Assembly: GCA_964016885.1 (NCBI GenBank)
Contig: OZ024743.1
Location: 239,692,001 to 239,756,000 of the forward strand
Origin: Eledone cirrhosa
Lineage: Eukaryota
Length of the DNA stretch: 64,000 nt
Direction of reading: 5' to 3'
Shown here: piece after piece, positions 14,694 to 29,150 of the stretch
Layout of the letters: the number at the start of each line of letters is the position of its first letter
How positions within the stretch are numbered: the stretch's first letter is position 1
Made by a program: the position numbers and the translations under genes
The notes under the pieces: model-generated
Told to the model about the DNA's origin: nothing
What the model saw: only the letters and a program-made list of their open reading frames with translations
The model's database searches: none

Positions 14694-15059
14694 GATAATG
14701 ATTAAGGCTCGATTTTATTCTCTGAATTCTATCTTGAGCTGTTTTAGAGACAAGACATATGTTTGATTTTGTATCATTCATGACACTCTTTACTTAATAT
14801 ATATATATACAGGGATTCGCATAATGACAAATATACATAGGCCCATCGATACACCATATACATGAACAAGAGAAAGGCGTTGACTGGAATAGATATGTGG
14901 CGTTTAAATCCGACTGGACAGCCAGGAAATTAGCCACTACTTCACCTATGCTGAAACCTTAGTAATTGTAGCGGAGCGGAAAAGATGTGCCTTGATGATC
15001 TTATTGCTGTTAAGAGGCAGGTGCCGGTTGATCTATGTGCGTGCATGTGTATGTGGGAG

Positions 15060-16620
15060 TGTTGATGATGGTGTGATGTTGATAATGGTGGTGGTGGTGG
15101 TGGTGGTGGTGGTGGTGGTGGTGTTGATGTTGTTTTTGTTGTGGTGGTGATGGTGGTTATAATTGTGGTGATGATGGTTGTGTATGTAAGGGTGTTGATG
15201 GTGATGGTGGCGGTAGTGGGGTTGGTTTTGGTCGTGGCGGTGGTGGTGGTGTTGATGTTGTTTTTGGTGTTGATGGTGGTAGTGGTGCTTGTATTTGTTT
15301 TTGTTGTGGTGGTGATGGTGGTTATAATTCTGCTGATGATAGTTGTGGTGGTGTTGTTGGTTGTGTATGTGAGGGTGTTGATGGTGGTGTGGTGTTGATT
15401 GTGGTGGTGGTGGCGCTGATTGTTCTGATGCTTATGTTAGTTGTAATTTTGGTAGTGGTGCTTGTTCTTGTTTTTGTTGTGGTAGTGGTTCTGGTATTGA
15501 TAGTGATTATAATTGTGCTGATGATGGTTGTAGAAGTGTTTGTTGTGGTATTGTTGTGGTATATGTTGGTGGTGATGGTGGTAGTGGTGATTGTTCTTAT
15601 TTTGGTTGTGGTAGTGGTTGTCGCGGTGGTGGTGGTGTTGGTGGCGGTGATGGTGGTGATGATAGGTATAAGTGTGTTGATGATAGCTGTGGTGTTGTTG
15701 GTTGTGTGTGAGTAGTGAAAATGGTAGTGAAGTTCGTGATTGTGGGCTGGGAGGTGGTAGAGGTAATGGTAGTTGTTCTGGTGATTTGGTGCTACTAATA
15801 GTAATGGTTTAAGTTTTGTGCAAAATACTAACACTTGCTCGCATGATTACGTTGAAGCCAAACATATAATAACACAGGAATCGCAAACACAAGGTTCTAA
15901 AACCTTTGCTTGGCGAGCATTATGATAGAAAAGATAACGGTAGTGGTACTGGTCATGGTATCGTTCGTAATGGTAGTGGAGCTAGTGGAGGAAGTGATGG
16001 GGATCGTGCTGATAGTGAAGTTGTTCATGATGATGGAAATGGTGGATGTGATGGCAATATTGCTCAAAATGATACTGGCGGTAATGGTGATAAAGGTGTG
16101 GGTGTTGGGAATATTGCTAAAAATGATAGTAACAAAGACAATGATGATGGTGGTAATGGTGGTGGTGATGTTGATATGACTGAATATAATATTGGTGATA
16201 AGGAGAATGAGGGTAGTTTTGGTAGTGCTGATGGTGATATGGTTCAAAATTATAATAGCAATGATAATAATTGTTTCTACTTTTGGCACAAAGCCAGCAA
16301 TTACCCATGCATTACTGGTACTTTATTTTATCGACCCTGTAAGGACGAAAGGCAAAGTTAACCTCGACAGGATTTGAACTCAGACCGTAAAGGGACGTAA
16401 CTATAATAATAATGATGGTATTAGTAGTGGTGTTTACAATATCACACAAACTGATAGAGGTGAGGATAATGATAATGGTGGTGTTTATAGTGGGGATAGC
16501 GTTATGGCTGAATATGATAGTGGTGATGAAGATAATGATGGTTGAGATGGTGACATAGGTACAAATGATAGTGGCAATGATGATGATAGTGGTGGTAGTG
16601 GTGGTGTAATTCTTGAATTT
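15060..16620. repeat. (GGT/GAT)n degenerate trinucleotide region
   Basis: Direct inspection. Confidence 0.9.
16266..16402 (-). mobile_element. SINE family A (head truncated)
   Basis: ataattgtttctacttttggcacaaagccagc...ggatttgaactcagaccgtaaaggg. Confidence 0.8.
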
Positions 16621-16823
16621 GATATCAGTGTGTTATACAGTGGGATCTGTTGAGTAAAGTGATTAGGTCGAATGAATGGTGAGTAAACAACAAGGCCACC
16701 CGTTCTGATGACCACACAAGATTAAAGCGGAAACTGCGTCGCATCTAGCAAATGATTGCTTATCAGAGCGTTCATACCTCAACAATCTCATGTCTCACAC
16801 TTCCATGTGCCATGTATATATAT

Positions 16824-16984
<161 letters not shown>

Positions 16985-17456
16985 CATACATACATATATG
17001 AATATATGTCAAAGGTAAACAGATGTACACACACATACACACACAATCTCTCTGTTTACTATATCCGCCTTTAAACCTATCTCTCATCTCTGTTTGAATG
17101 CTCCACAATATACATACAAACACACAGACACACACATATATATATAAATATATGTATATTTGCATACGTTTGTGTATGTATGTAGGCATGTATATATATA
17201 TATATATATGTAAGTATGTATGTATGTATGTATATATGCATCTATGTATGTATGCATTTATGTATGCATGTATGTATGTATGTATGTATGTATGTATGAA
17301 TGAATGAATATAAAATATATGTGCAACGAGGGCACACATACCGGGGTGATATAGTTTAGTATTAATACAAGCACAAATTAATGTATAAACAGGCTGGAAA
17401 TATTTTTCGTGGGATCGTACAATAAATTACACACACAAACACACACACACACACGC

Positions 17457-17502
<46 letters not shown>

Positions 17503-17738
17503 ATAGTAATAGTTTGAGTTAAGTCTCGGCTACTATTGGTTTCAAGATGAAAACATGCCTGTACTCACAATATATATATTATCATTACGTTTATTGAGTA
17601 CTGACGCGCATTTCGGTATTGATCAGCTCACTGTTCGATCTCTATCGATCTAGCCCGACTCTGGAATCAAAAGCTCGTCGGACCTCTGCTGTGGTATTTG
17701 GGTGAACCTACAGTAACTGGACGTTACATTCCTTACAC

Positions 17739-17836
<98 letters not shown>

Positions 17837-18030
17837 GCGTGTAAATACTTCATTTCACCATGCAGCAGTATACTTAGCTGAAAATGAATATCAGCAATAG
17901 CTGCAGGATTAATCCTGTGATGGAGTGGCGTTCTGTTCAGTGGATACACTGATAAGCACCGGCTTATTGAGCCTCCGGTCTTGATACACAGACACAAATA
18001 CATTCATACATACATACATACATACATACA

Positions 18031-18122
<92 letters not shown>

Positions 18123-18127
<5 letters not shown>

Positions 18128-18251
18128 AAAGAGTCAGGACCCCGACGGCTGAGCTCCAGCCATTTCGACAGCTAGAGCCACTCTACTACCCTAAGTATTG
18201 AGTACTCTGTGCGTTATATCCCACCTGGCATCTTACCACACCCTCTTTGTT

Positions 18252-18252
<1 letters not shown>
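18123..18252. mobile_element. Inverted HHR 3' half joined to the forward 3' end (35.6/36.8-kb family relative)
   Basis: gaccccgacggctgagctccagccatttcgac (minus: GAAAtggctggagctcagccGTCggggtc), then ccactctactaccctaagtattgagtactctg. Confidence 0.65.
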
Positions 18253-18332
<80 letters not shown>

Positions 18333-18898
18333 TTGCGGTTATATACAGGTGGGTTTGTGGCACATATGCAATTCATTTTGCCTGAATACCTGTCAAATTG
18401 GTAACACGTACAAGCAATTATGTTCATAGATCTACAGTATTTTGTTTTTCACGACTTCTATGTTGAATATGCTAGCAAACGTTTAGTTATCGTACACTAG
18501 TTTTATTGATCGTATTATTTTCTCAACTAATATATTCTAAAATGTGTTACGGTATAAATGGAATATTCTATAATATCTATTTCTTGAATATTTTCTAAGT
18601 TTTTCTTGGCTCCTTTATCAATCTTAAACTTGTTCTTTTGTGCGTAATGAGATAAATGCTTCCGGCATCTAAAGCAGTTGATATATTTTCGGCTTTCATA
18701 AGATCTGTGTAATATTTGCGACACATTCCTCATCATTTATATAATGTCTACCCTTAGGATGTTTAGTTTAGCACATACACACGTATATCCATCCATCCAT
18801 ATAACCATCCCCCCCCCCATTCTTACATGCATACATACTTGCATACATACATACATACATACATACATACATACATACATACATACATACATACATAC

Positions 18899-19176
18899 AT
18901 GGTGGCTGCCAACTCGTTTTCGAGTACGGCCACTACTTTATATCCATGTAGGAGAACCCCTACCGAAGCGCTGAACGAGTGACTTTTTAGTCCAGCCAGC
19001 GACTTGAAAACTCTGGTACAAACACTACACTTGTGACAATTATTGACACATAGTGCTGGGCCCATGGTACCATGTGACGACAAGTGCAGAGAGATCTCCA
19101 GATATAAAGCAATGCCTGTGCCGTGAAGCTTTTATAGTGAGCAAAGGCACTGCACAAAGCCAGTCCCACTCTCTTA
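18899..19176 (-). mobile_element. Short non-autonomous RTE-like derivative with (ATGT)n tail
   Basis: Minus-strand peptide [17 protein letters not shown] resembles the RTE C-terminal Cys/His finger; related copies at 41487-41592 and 47850-48000; embedded in (CATA)n. Confidence 0.6.
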
Positions 19177-19195
19177 ACATACATACATACATACA

Positions 19196-19229
<34 letters not shown>

Positions 19230-19254
19230 CGTATGTACATACATACATGCACAG

Positions 19255-19492
19255 AATGGACCTCCATCGGTTTCGACGTTGAATATTGCAGTTATTCGAT
19301 CAATGGAATAGCCTTGATTGTAAAATTAACATGTATGTGGCTGAGCCTTCCACCGACACGTTTCCCTTAGACAATTCAGTGTTACAGAGTTTGTGACAAA
19401 GCTAACCTTTTTAATAATAGGTACAGTCTCTCCGGCCTGGTTTCCAAACAGTTTTCCGTCCACTCAATTTCACTCAAATCATGGATGGACCC
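19255..19492 (-). mobile_element. Old SINE family B
   Basis: Shares ggacctcc.tc...cgac and ttccaaacagttt.ccgt..a.tcaatttca.tc with 62575-62810. Confidence 0.55.
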
Positions 19493-19625
19493 ATGTATAC
19501 ATACAACACGTGTATAAATATCGAAACATATGTATATGTACACATTAACTCAAATATATAGATCCACACATCCAATGATATCCATATCTGTACATACATA
19601 CAGACATACGTACATTATTACCAAG

Positions 19626-19800
19626 TGGATTGGCAGTATCGGTAGAGGGTCGGACGCCATGCTTTGCAGAATAGAGTTCCGGCTATTTATGGTCTGAGTT
19701 CAAATCCCGCCGAGGTTAACTTTGCCTTTCGTCCTCGCGGAGTCGATAAAATAAAGCACCAGTAATGCACTGGGATAATTTCTGGCCTTGTAGAAACAAC
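19626..19800 (+). mobile_element. SINE family A, near full length
   Basis: tggattggcagtatcggtag (A-box like) ... gagttcaaatccc (B box) ... gtcgataaaataaag.accagt. Confidence 0.85.
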
Positions 19801-19950
19801 TATTAACGGGGTAAAAAAAAAAGTACACAATATGGCTTAATTTATCGATTCTATTATTTGCCTCAAACTATATTAATTGCCCCAATACATCGAGATGATC
19901 GTCTGTAATTTTATGTAAAATTTGTAGCTGAACCCATAACAGCATTCATA

Positions 19951-20224
19951 CCGTATTTATCGGCGTATAGTACCGTTTTTAAGCAAAATTAATTAACTGT
20001 GCTTTGTAATTTGTTCAGTGTTGATCTAAGGTATAATTTCAAAATACATTTTATTTGTAAGAATATCGTTTTTGTGTTTTTTTTATTTTTTATAGTTTGA
20101 GAAAAACTATTAATTATCAGTAAATGTCATTTGTTTTGTCCATTATTTTCATTCCCAAAACATTCGTTCTCAAAATTAGGAAGCGTGTTATACGCCGATG
20201 CCTGTTATATGCCAATAAATACGG
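19951..20224. mobile_element. MITE, pogo/Tc1-mariner type
   Basis: TIRs ccgtatttatcggcgtata / tatatgccaataaatacgg, preceded by TA; no coding capacity. Confidence 0.7.
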
Positions 20225-22100
20225 CTATTATAAAACACGTAGTAGTGAGAAAGGGAAATTCCACCTGATGATAGAATAGGCGGTAAATCCTATATAAATA
20301 GTCACAAGCCACTTTACTGTATTTTGTTATAAATTCTCAGTGAGATCGTAAAATTCGAAAGACATCTCTTATTCGAAATGCTATCATCCACTGCCACTTC
20401 TTCATTTATTAAACCTCCATGAAATAACAATGGAGCTATCTGGATTAGTTACAAGCAATCCTGTTGCATTGCAGCCACGATTATATCTTTATTATTAAGT
20501 TGAAAATTCAAAGTACATTCTATCAACCCGTATTAAAGAGTCGATGCATGGGGATGAATTGGATCCTCGGGGTATAAATTGACGGGGTACAGAGGAATAA
20601 ATCGAATTGACGGATTAGGATGTGCTAACATGATATAGCAGATATTTCCATCGTAAAGTGTTAGAAAATACCGTATAGGATTAGATGCACGTAAACTCCA
20701 TTTTGCTTTTGCTGTACATGTTGAAACACAACGCTAATATTTGATTCCATTATAAATTCAACGCAGAGGTTTTACTGTGAAAGATATAAGACATTATATG
20801 CATTAAATTCCTGTGGATAATGTCTTGGGCTATATTTCTAACAGATTCTACCCTCTTAAAAATTGCACCTACTCTCTTTAAAATATTTATGATGATAGAG
20901 GAACTCCCTTTGTTCGTAGGGTTTTCTCGTCTGGACTGACTTCACACTAAACAACAACAACAGCAAATACCGTGTACATTTACTTAATGTTTGTTTGAAC
21001 TCATGTTAAGTATGGACCATGAAGGATATGCTTCGCTGATAATGTCAGAATAATACTGAAGCATTGCGGAAATTGGAAATAATATTGGTCATGGATAATA
21101 TGTTTTGTATGTTTTTCCTCTCTTCATATATGATATATTTCTAGTTAAGCTTTTAATGCTCTCTGTATTAAATATATTAACACTACTTCAACTATTGTAA
21201 TTTCATATGGATGGCATCTCTCAGTTATTTTATTCATTAAACAATTCTATCCCTTTTTATATTAACGAAATGTAAAATCTCGTATATGTAACAAGTCATG
21301 ATTTTATCACTTGAATAAGATTGAAACATGTTCATAATTGTCTACTGTACTTACTAGGAACAAAATAAATACTAATCATTGACTAATATTCTTTGTATAT
21401 CCTTCTTCCACAAGTACTACTAATTTCACCATAGACTACAGTAAACAATATTCATGAGTATAGAAAGTGTATTACTGCATGCTTGTTTCTTATGTGTGTG
21501 TGTAATGTTTAATTTTGAACACTGTTGATAGATATTAAGTTTGCTCAACTTTGATATCAAAGGCGTACCAGCTGTCTCTATCCTCTTTCTTCTTCTGACA
21601 TTGTAGCCAATTCTTCAAATGTCAGTCCTCTTCCAAAGCAGTGTGATACTGTTTCAAGAATATGTGGATGTTATTTCTAGGAAGATCGAGCAACCACCTT
21701 AAAGGTAGATGATAAAATAGCACCTATAATTTCAAGTTAGGAATAACTGATAATTAATTGAGATACAGAGTAGTACTAGGGATACACTATGGATGAATCT
21801 ATTAGTAACTGATAACCAAATCATTTTGAATTCCTTAATCTCGCTTTAGATTGACAAGACCTCTCTTTGAACTGATATGTGCTTACTTAGAATTAAAATA
21901 CTGTAGCAAAGGAAATAATTCAGCGGGTGACAAATAGAGTTTAATATTTATAAAGTAATGTAATAAGCAAATGAGTAATATTGACACAGCGTGTAATAAA
22001 CAGAGCGCAACAGTTAAATAATAAATATTTATGCACAACACGGTTTATATAAGAAAATCTAAGATACATTACAATACAATGGGAGGAAACTTAATAGTAC

Positions 22101-22140
22101 CACTGATGACGGTGCAGATCTGCGACGAAAGAACTTTGAT
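22101..22140 (+). ncRNA. Type I hammerhead (weak stem I), family of 23360 and 52564
   Basis: ca-CTGATGA-cggtgcagatctgcgac-GAAA-gaaCTT-tg; downstream atgaccctcc...gtataacaat matches the family end. Confidence 0.6.
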
Positions 22141-23153
22141 AGACTATATGTATATAGTTATATCTGTATTTTTAACCGCTGGTCAATCAATGATAAACAT
22201 TGATTGCCAAATAAATTAACTATGGAGATATCAAAGATACAGAAGTGAAAACCAACCAAACAGTGAGTGTCTTCTGTTATTATTTCTGGCAATATTATAA
22301 CAATATGACCCTCCGCATGTATAACAATAAGATATATTCAACGTAAGCATAAACACAGTTTTTTTAATTATAAACCTCGCAGTGGAAAATATACAATTGT
22401 AAATACATTTTTTTAATTCTCTTTTCACACAGATAAACACAAGACTTTGCTTTGCATGTTTCAAATCCCAAAACAAGTACCCTTATCATTTTGCCTCGAA
22501 GAGAACTTACAGCAATCAGTATTTTTGTCAAACATAAACCAGTGCTTAACTTAAATGACCGACATAACTTATTTACCACACACTCGTTTAGTAAGGTAAT
22601 TAATCAAATAAAATATATTTATGCGCAAATTAGCAATTATTAGATAATCTAAGACAAATTTAATGTAGATTTATCTACAATTTATTAATTATTAGTTTTG
22701 ATAAGGAACTATTGTAAATACATTTAGTTATAATCTTCCTACAAAGAAACACATAAGAGATTGCTTGATAGGTTTCACAGTTTATTGGCTGTTCATTAAA
22801 AGACAAATAACCTTCTACTTCCGCCTACGAAGAGAACTTATATTAAACCACTATTTATGTCAACCACACACACAATAGTAATATATTTACAACAAGGGAT
22901 AAACAAACTAGTAATATAGACTCAGCCTTTGATTAATAGTATTTATACTGTAGATGATAAATAACATAATAACATTTATAACAGATGTGATAAACTAACT
23001 AGTAATAAGGTTGCAACAGGTGATAAATACAATAACACTATTTATACAGTATGTGATAAATACGACAGGCCATAAACAAAGAAAATTGGATTCAGTGTGT
23101 GATAAACAGTTTAGTAAAATTGATGAATAGAGCAGGTGTTAAATATAGTAACA

Positions 23154-23185
<32 letters not shown>

Positions 23186-23187
<2 letters not shown>

Positions 23188-23613
23188 CGTTTCTGAATTT
23201 GTTTAGCAAGATTCTTTATCTGAAAACGTGTGTTGAAACCGATATTGTTATGCTTTGGGAGGGTCATGTTGCCAATAAGAAACACAGGCACCAGATGAAA
23301 AACAAGATGGCGTATGACAGAACAAAGGAGAGGCACAAAACAAAGAAAAGAATCCCCACTCACTGAAGAGGTCACACAATGTGTGACGAAAGAACTTTGA
23401 CAATATATGAACAACCGTCCTGTTGTGGATCCAACCAACCAATCGGAAATTTATAAATTCTTAAATTTATGAATTTAATTTATAATAAATTGGAGTGAAA
23501 GCAACTGGTGCGTGTATTTCTTATAGGCAACATGACCCTCCCAAAGTATAACAATATCGGTTTCAACACACGTTTTCAGATAAAGAATCTTGCTAAACAA
23601 ATTCAGAAACGAA
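23186..23613 (+). mobile_element. HHR element with inverted 3' copy
   Basis: 23186-23294 is the reverse complement of 23505-23613; TA tracts on both sides; a further partial copy lies at 23760-23876. Confidence 0.85.
23360..23400 (+). ncRNA. Minimal type I hammerhead ribozyme
   Basis: tca-CTGAAGA-g gtcacac aat gtgtgac-GAAA-g aa CTT-tga. Confidence 0.8.
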
Positions 23614-23677
23614 TATATACATATATATATAGATAAAAGAAATCAAAGAACGCCTATATACTCAAACAATTTTTATT

Positions 23678-23724
23678 CGCTAACAATGTTTCATCCATAC
23701 CGTGGGGCAGGAATCATCAGAGCG
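23678..23724 (-). ncRNA. Type I hammerhead ribozyme
   Basis: Minus: cgct-CTGATGA-ttcc tgccccacggtat ggat-GAAA-c att GTT-agcg. Confidence 0.85.
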
Positions 23725-23871
23725 TTATAAACAAAAATATAGTGTTGCATATAAGCTCCGGTTATGGAACCAACCAACCAACCGGAAATTTATAAATTTA
23801 ATTTATAATAAATTCGAGTGAAAGCACTGGTGCGTGTGTTCCTTATTGGCAACATGACCCTCCCAAAGCAT

Positions 23872-23902
<31 letters not shown>

Positions 23903-23907
<5 letters not shown>

Positions 23908-25030
23908 AAGGTTTACATATACATAAAGTCATAGATATATATGTTGCAACCGGTCACGTTGTGGCTGAATGAAGAATTAATAAATTAAATAATCAGAGCA
24001 ATATATCATAAATCATGTCCTTAGAATTATTAGATAAAATATATACCATTTCCTCTCCCAATTAGCATAATTAATCATATAAAAAATCAATTAGACCAAG
24101 CTATAAGAATAAAGGCTCCTATGAAGAAATTTCCGACAAATAACCGAAAGCGGCCTTTTAGTCAGTTTCTACATGCTGTTGAAATGTTGGATAAATACTC
24201 TATTGGGGCCACCGCGAAGAGGCTGTTTTCGGTTATTTGTCGGAAATTTCTTCATAGGAGCCTTTATTCTTATAGCTTGGTCTAATTGATTTTTTATATG
24301 GTTAATTATGCTAATTGGGAGAGGAAATGGTATATATTTTATCTAATAATTCTAAGGACATGATTTATGATATATTGCTCTGATTATTTAATTTATTAAT
24401 TCTTCATTGAGCCACAACGTGACCGGTTCAACATATATATCTATGACTTTATGTATATGTAAACCTTTATATTTAATAATCTCCCGTTGGGTTGAGATAC
24501 AATTGGGCGATATTTGGCTGCGCTTTCTACCAACAAGCCTACCCGCCGTAAGCAACTAATCACATTCTTTATAACTTGACCACTGCCACGTCACGATTCT
24601 TAGCCATTTTTTAAATCTATTTTTGGCGCGATCACTTTGGAAAACTAAATGTCTAATTTTGAGTTTGTCTCCTGATGAATCCGATACTCTGGACATATCC
24701 TGTTAATTGGATGTCTAAAAATATGGATGAAACCATGGTAGAGATATAATTACGGTATGTACACATTTCTTCTAAGTTTGAATTTACACCTAATTGTGTA
24801 TGGTTGATGGTATATTTAGTCAGTTTCTACATGCTGTTGAAATGTTGGATAAATACTCTATTGGGGCCACCGCGAAGAGGCCGCTTTCGGTTATTTGTCG
24901 GAAATTTCTTCATAGGAGCCTTTATTCTTATAGCTTGGTCTAATTGATTTCTTATATAGTTAATTATGCTAATTGGGAGAGGAAATGGTATATATTTTAT
25001 CTAATAATTCTAAGGACATGATTTATGATA
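23903..25030 (+). mobile_element. Non-autonomous Penelope-like/retrozyme-like element: inverted segment plus 1.3 copies of a 658-bp unit
   Basis: 23903-24156 is the reverse complement of ~24220-24472; 24157-24372 is repeated at 24815-25030; HHR at 24666; (TA)n on both flanks. Confidence 0.85.
24666..24746 (+). ncRNA. Type I hammerhead ribozyme with extended stem II
   Basis: tgtctc-CTGATGA-atcc(...)ggat-GAAA-c catg GTA-gagata; palindromic stem III accatggt. Confidence 0.9.
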
Positions 25031-25474
25031 TATATATATATATATATATATATAGTAGGTGATGCACGGACATTGATCTTGATAGAGAAGTTAATAAAAC
25101 TGCTCATAAACTACTAATATCGGTAGGGCAGGTGATAAATACAATAGTAGTAGTCATACAACAGGTGATAAACTGACTTGCGCAATACACAGATTATTAA
25201 TATATTATATAGCAGGTGTAATATTAAAACAATGCAAAGTAAAAACTACAACGGCCGTCACATACGAGGATGACTTGATAGTATGTATTATGCTTTCGTA
25301 AATGGGTTTAATTGTTCATGTACGCGTGAGCAGACACAAGCACCTTCTCTATACTCAGCAGAATATCGAAGATATGACAGATAGGGGAAGAGGGCGCTGC
25401 ACAAACACTGAGGTGGTATTTTCTTTGTTGTGGGCATCGACAGGATTTGAATGCAGAGTGTACAGAACTGGAAA

Positions 25475-25678
25475 TAATGGTTTCTGATTAAGGCACAAGG
25501 CCACAATTTTGGGGGGAGGGGAAGTCGATAAAATCGACATCAGTGCGTTACTGGTTCTTTATTTTTTCGTCCCGTAAGGATGAAATGCAAAGCTAACCAC
25601 GGCGGGATTTGAACTTAGGGACGTAACTCTCTGTTGTGAAGCAGATTATCCGATGCTCTACCGACACTGCCAATCCAC
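25475..25678 (-). mobile_element. SINE family A
   Basis: aggcacaaggccac...gtaaggatgaaatgcaaag...ggcgggatttgaact...tgccaatccac. Confidence 0.8.
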
Positions 25679-26028
25679 GCAAAATATTCTACTGATCTTT
25701 GAAATTCTTCCACTTTAAAATACATAAAATATAGTAAGGGGATAGAAACTGTTTCAAATACAGAGCCCAACAGAATGCATTAGGTTATTCGTTCCTTCTT
25801 CCGGTACTCTGAGTTCAAATCTCTTCTTTTCGGGATCGATAAATAAAGTACCAGGTTCGATTCTTCCTGCTTCTTTTGTTGAACCGGCTAGGCTGTGACG
25901 TGTGAAACTACTCATAGCGTTCCATTGAGATCGGATGAGTGAGGGTAATCAAACCCTTCTCATAGAAATACACACATACTACTGAAGCTGGCCAGGGGCA
26001 TCTTGATGAGCTGCACTGTATGGGGCGG

Positions 26029-26127
<99 letters not shown>

Positions 26128-26194
26128 GAAGTAAAAGTTCAGTGGAAATATCCAAGAGTAAGAGCACTCATTCTATAGGACGAGTTTAGTATAA

Positions 26195-26287
26195 ATAATT
26201 ACAACAGTGACATAAACAGGTACTCAAGTTTCATTGGGTTCTGGGCCCCAATGAAACTTGAGTACCTGTTCATGTCACCTTTGTAAT

Positions 26288-26290
<3 letters not shown>
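26195..26290. repeat. Fold-back hairpin of an HHR 3' half
   Basis: caggtactcaagtttcattggg-loop-cccaatGAAActtgaGTAcctg. Confidence 0.85.
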
Positions 26291-26590
<300 letters not shown>

Positions 26591-26629
26591 ATAGTTAGAT
26601 AGCGATATATTTGAATATATATTCCACCA

Positions 26630-28947
26630 GCCGAAAGCTAATCCAAGTGACCTCTCTCCAGCCCACCCATTTGATGATATGGATCTCTATAAGCGAACTG
26701 GGATGCAATCATGAACGAGCTATCACATGTTGAGTGGTCTTTTACACACGCACACATCTCCACGAACATCAAAACATCTTGGCAGATCTTTGTAGACACT
26801 GTCACAAATATATGTGCAAAACGCACCCTACCAAGACCTGTGAACAAAACTAAGTGCAGAATGACTCAAAACAGAAAAATTATTATCAGGAAAATATAAA
26901 GAATAAACAAAAAAAAAAAAACTAAAATACCGTCAACAGCAACACACACTCGACGGCTATCGCACTGCTCGAATCAAAACAATATAACCTCCAACAATGC
27001 ATGAAGACCATCATCAATAACCAAAGAACAGCTGAGAAGGAATGTGCCATTGAGAAAATCAAATTCAACCCCAAAGTGTTCTTTTCATTTGCGAAAAAAT
27101 ACAGGGTCACTGTCGCCACTGTTGGCCCTCTAATTGATGAAAATGCCAGTCTCCAAGATAATGCAAAAAGCATGGGCGACATACTGCAGGAACAATACTG
27201 CTCCGTTTTCAGCAATCCTGATATGGCCGATCTGGGCTGTATCAGTGATGTTAATCCCCAACGCACTATATCGGACATAACGTTTGACGCCACTGATGTC
27301 TTAGCGGCAATAAACGAAATTAATCACAATTCAACAGTAGGCCCTGATAAGTTCCCTGCTTGTGTCATGAAGGTGTGTCGACACCAACTTGCATCTTCTC
27401 TGTGGAGGAACGCACTGGATGCTGGCTATATTCCTGAAAACTTTCTGTACCAGTCTCAGTTTTCAGAAAGGGAAACAAGTCCTTTGCAGTGAACTACCCT
27501 CCTATCTCACTCACCTCTCATATCATCAAGGTATTTGAGAGGGTGGTGAGATCACGAATAACTCACTTTCTTGAAAGCAACAGACTGAATTCCAACCGAC
27601 GTGTTCCGTAAAGGAAGGGACTGCCTAATGCAGCTCCTGCATCACTTTGATGACATTTTGAGAGCTTTAGGAGAGGTCTCCAACACTGATGTTATCTATC
27701 TTGATTTCAGCAAGGCCTTTGATAGGGTTGATCACAAGAATCTATTGAAAAAACTATCCAACATTGATATCTCAGGAAAGTTACTGAAATGGATCGAGTG
27801 TTTCCTGACAGACAGAGTCCAACATGTAGTCGAAGGAGTAAATTCAAGCCCAGACAAGGTCGGTAGTGGCGTTCCGCAGGGCACTGTGTTGGGCTTACTT
27901 CTTTTCATCATCTATATAAATGACATTAATGACATCATCAAGCACAGCAACATAAGAATCTTTTCTGGTGATTCCAAGCTCCGGAAGGTCATCGATGAAA
28001 TGGGTGACCGGACATGCCTTCAATCAGAACTACTGGCTATTATCCAATGGGCGGAAAAGAATAATATGCTGCTGAATAAGGATAAATTTGAGTTAATCCA
28101 CTTTGGAAAAGAGAATGCACTGAAACTCCCATACTCTCTTCCTTCGGTTCAAACACTCGTTGCATCCAACAACACCAGAGTCTTGGGAGTAATTGTGGAC
28201 AACAACATAAGCTGGGCAACTCATATAAACAACAAAGTTGAGATGGCCCGCAGAATGTGTTCCTGGATTCTCAGAACTTTCCAGTCGAATGATATCCACA
28301 CCATTATCATTCTCTTCTCCACTTTTGCTCGACCCCACCTTGAATACTGTTGTCCACTTTGGACTCGCCACACGAAACAAAGTATGATGAACGTTGAAGC
28401 ACCTCAAAGGTCAATTACTAAAATGATAGATGGTATGAAATGGCCTTGACTATTGGGGTCGACTAGAAATGCTCAAACTTTATTCTCTCCAACGTCGCCG
28501 TGATCGCTATATCATCTGCATGATGTGGAAAATATTCCATCAGCATTGCCCAAATGATGTTGGCATAACCTTTAAGTTACACCCAAGGCTTGGACCCCGT
28601 GCTATCCACCCACAACAAAAATCATACTCGCATCTCATAACAACAATACAGCACAATTATTTCACCTCAATTGACCTCGCTCTCTTTAACATTACACCGA
28701 AACACATTAAAACGGAAACAAACCCCATAAAGTTCAAGAAGTCTTTGGACAAATTCCTTCAAGAAATCCCAGATAAACCTCTTACACTCGGATATGACTC
28801 TGTAAAAAATAATTCCCTCCTTGAGTGGGCCATGGTGTCCAAATCTTGATTTGAAATTTGAAAGACTTCGCCAAGCGGTGCTATTAAGTTAGACATGACC
28901 TGGGTCAATACTGGCCGTACCCTATCAAAGTTATCAAAGTAAAGTTA
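26630..28947 (+). mobile_element. 5'-truncated, disrupted CR1-clade LINE (reverse transcriptase)
   Basis: ORF pieces 27001-27492, 27601-28449, 28469-28849 with NPKVFFSF, YLDFSKAFDRVDH, GVPQGTVLG, RPHLEYC, LYSLQRRR; catalytic motif decayed to FSGD; tail of tatcaaagt repeats. Confidence 0.92.
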
Positions 28948-28968
28948 TATGTATAAGTTATATGTATA

Positions 28969-29150
<182 letters not shown>

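Noticed and set aside
16700-16745. CTGATGA...GAAACtgcGTC
   Set aside because: Core motifs are present but stems I and II do not pair; chance or heavily decayed.
20260-20380. CTGATGA followed by a hairpin
   Set aside because: No GAAA closing stem II and no stem I.
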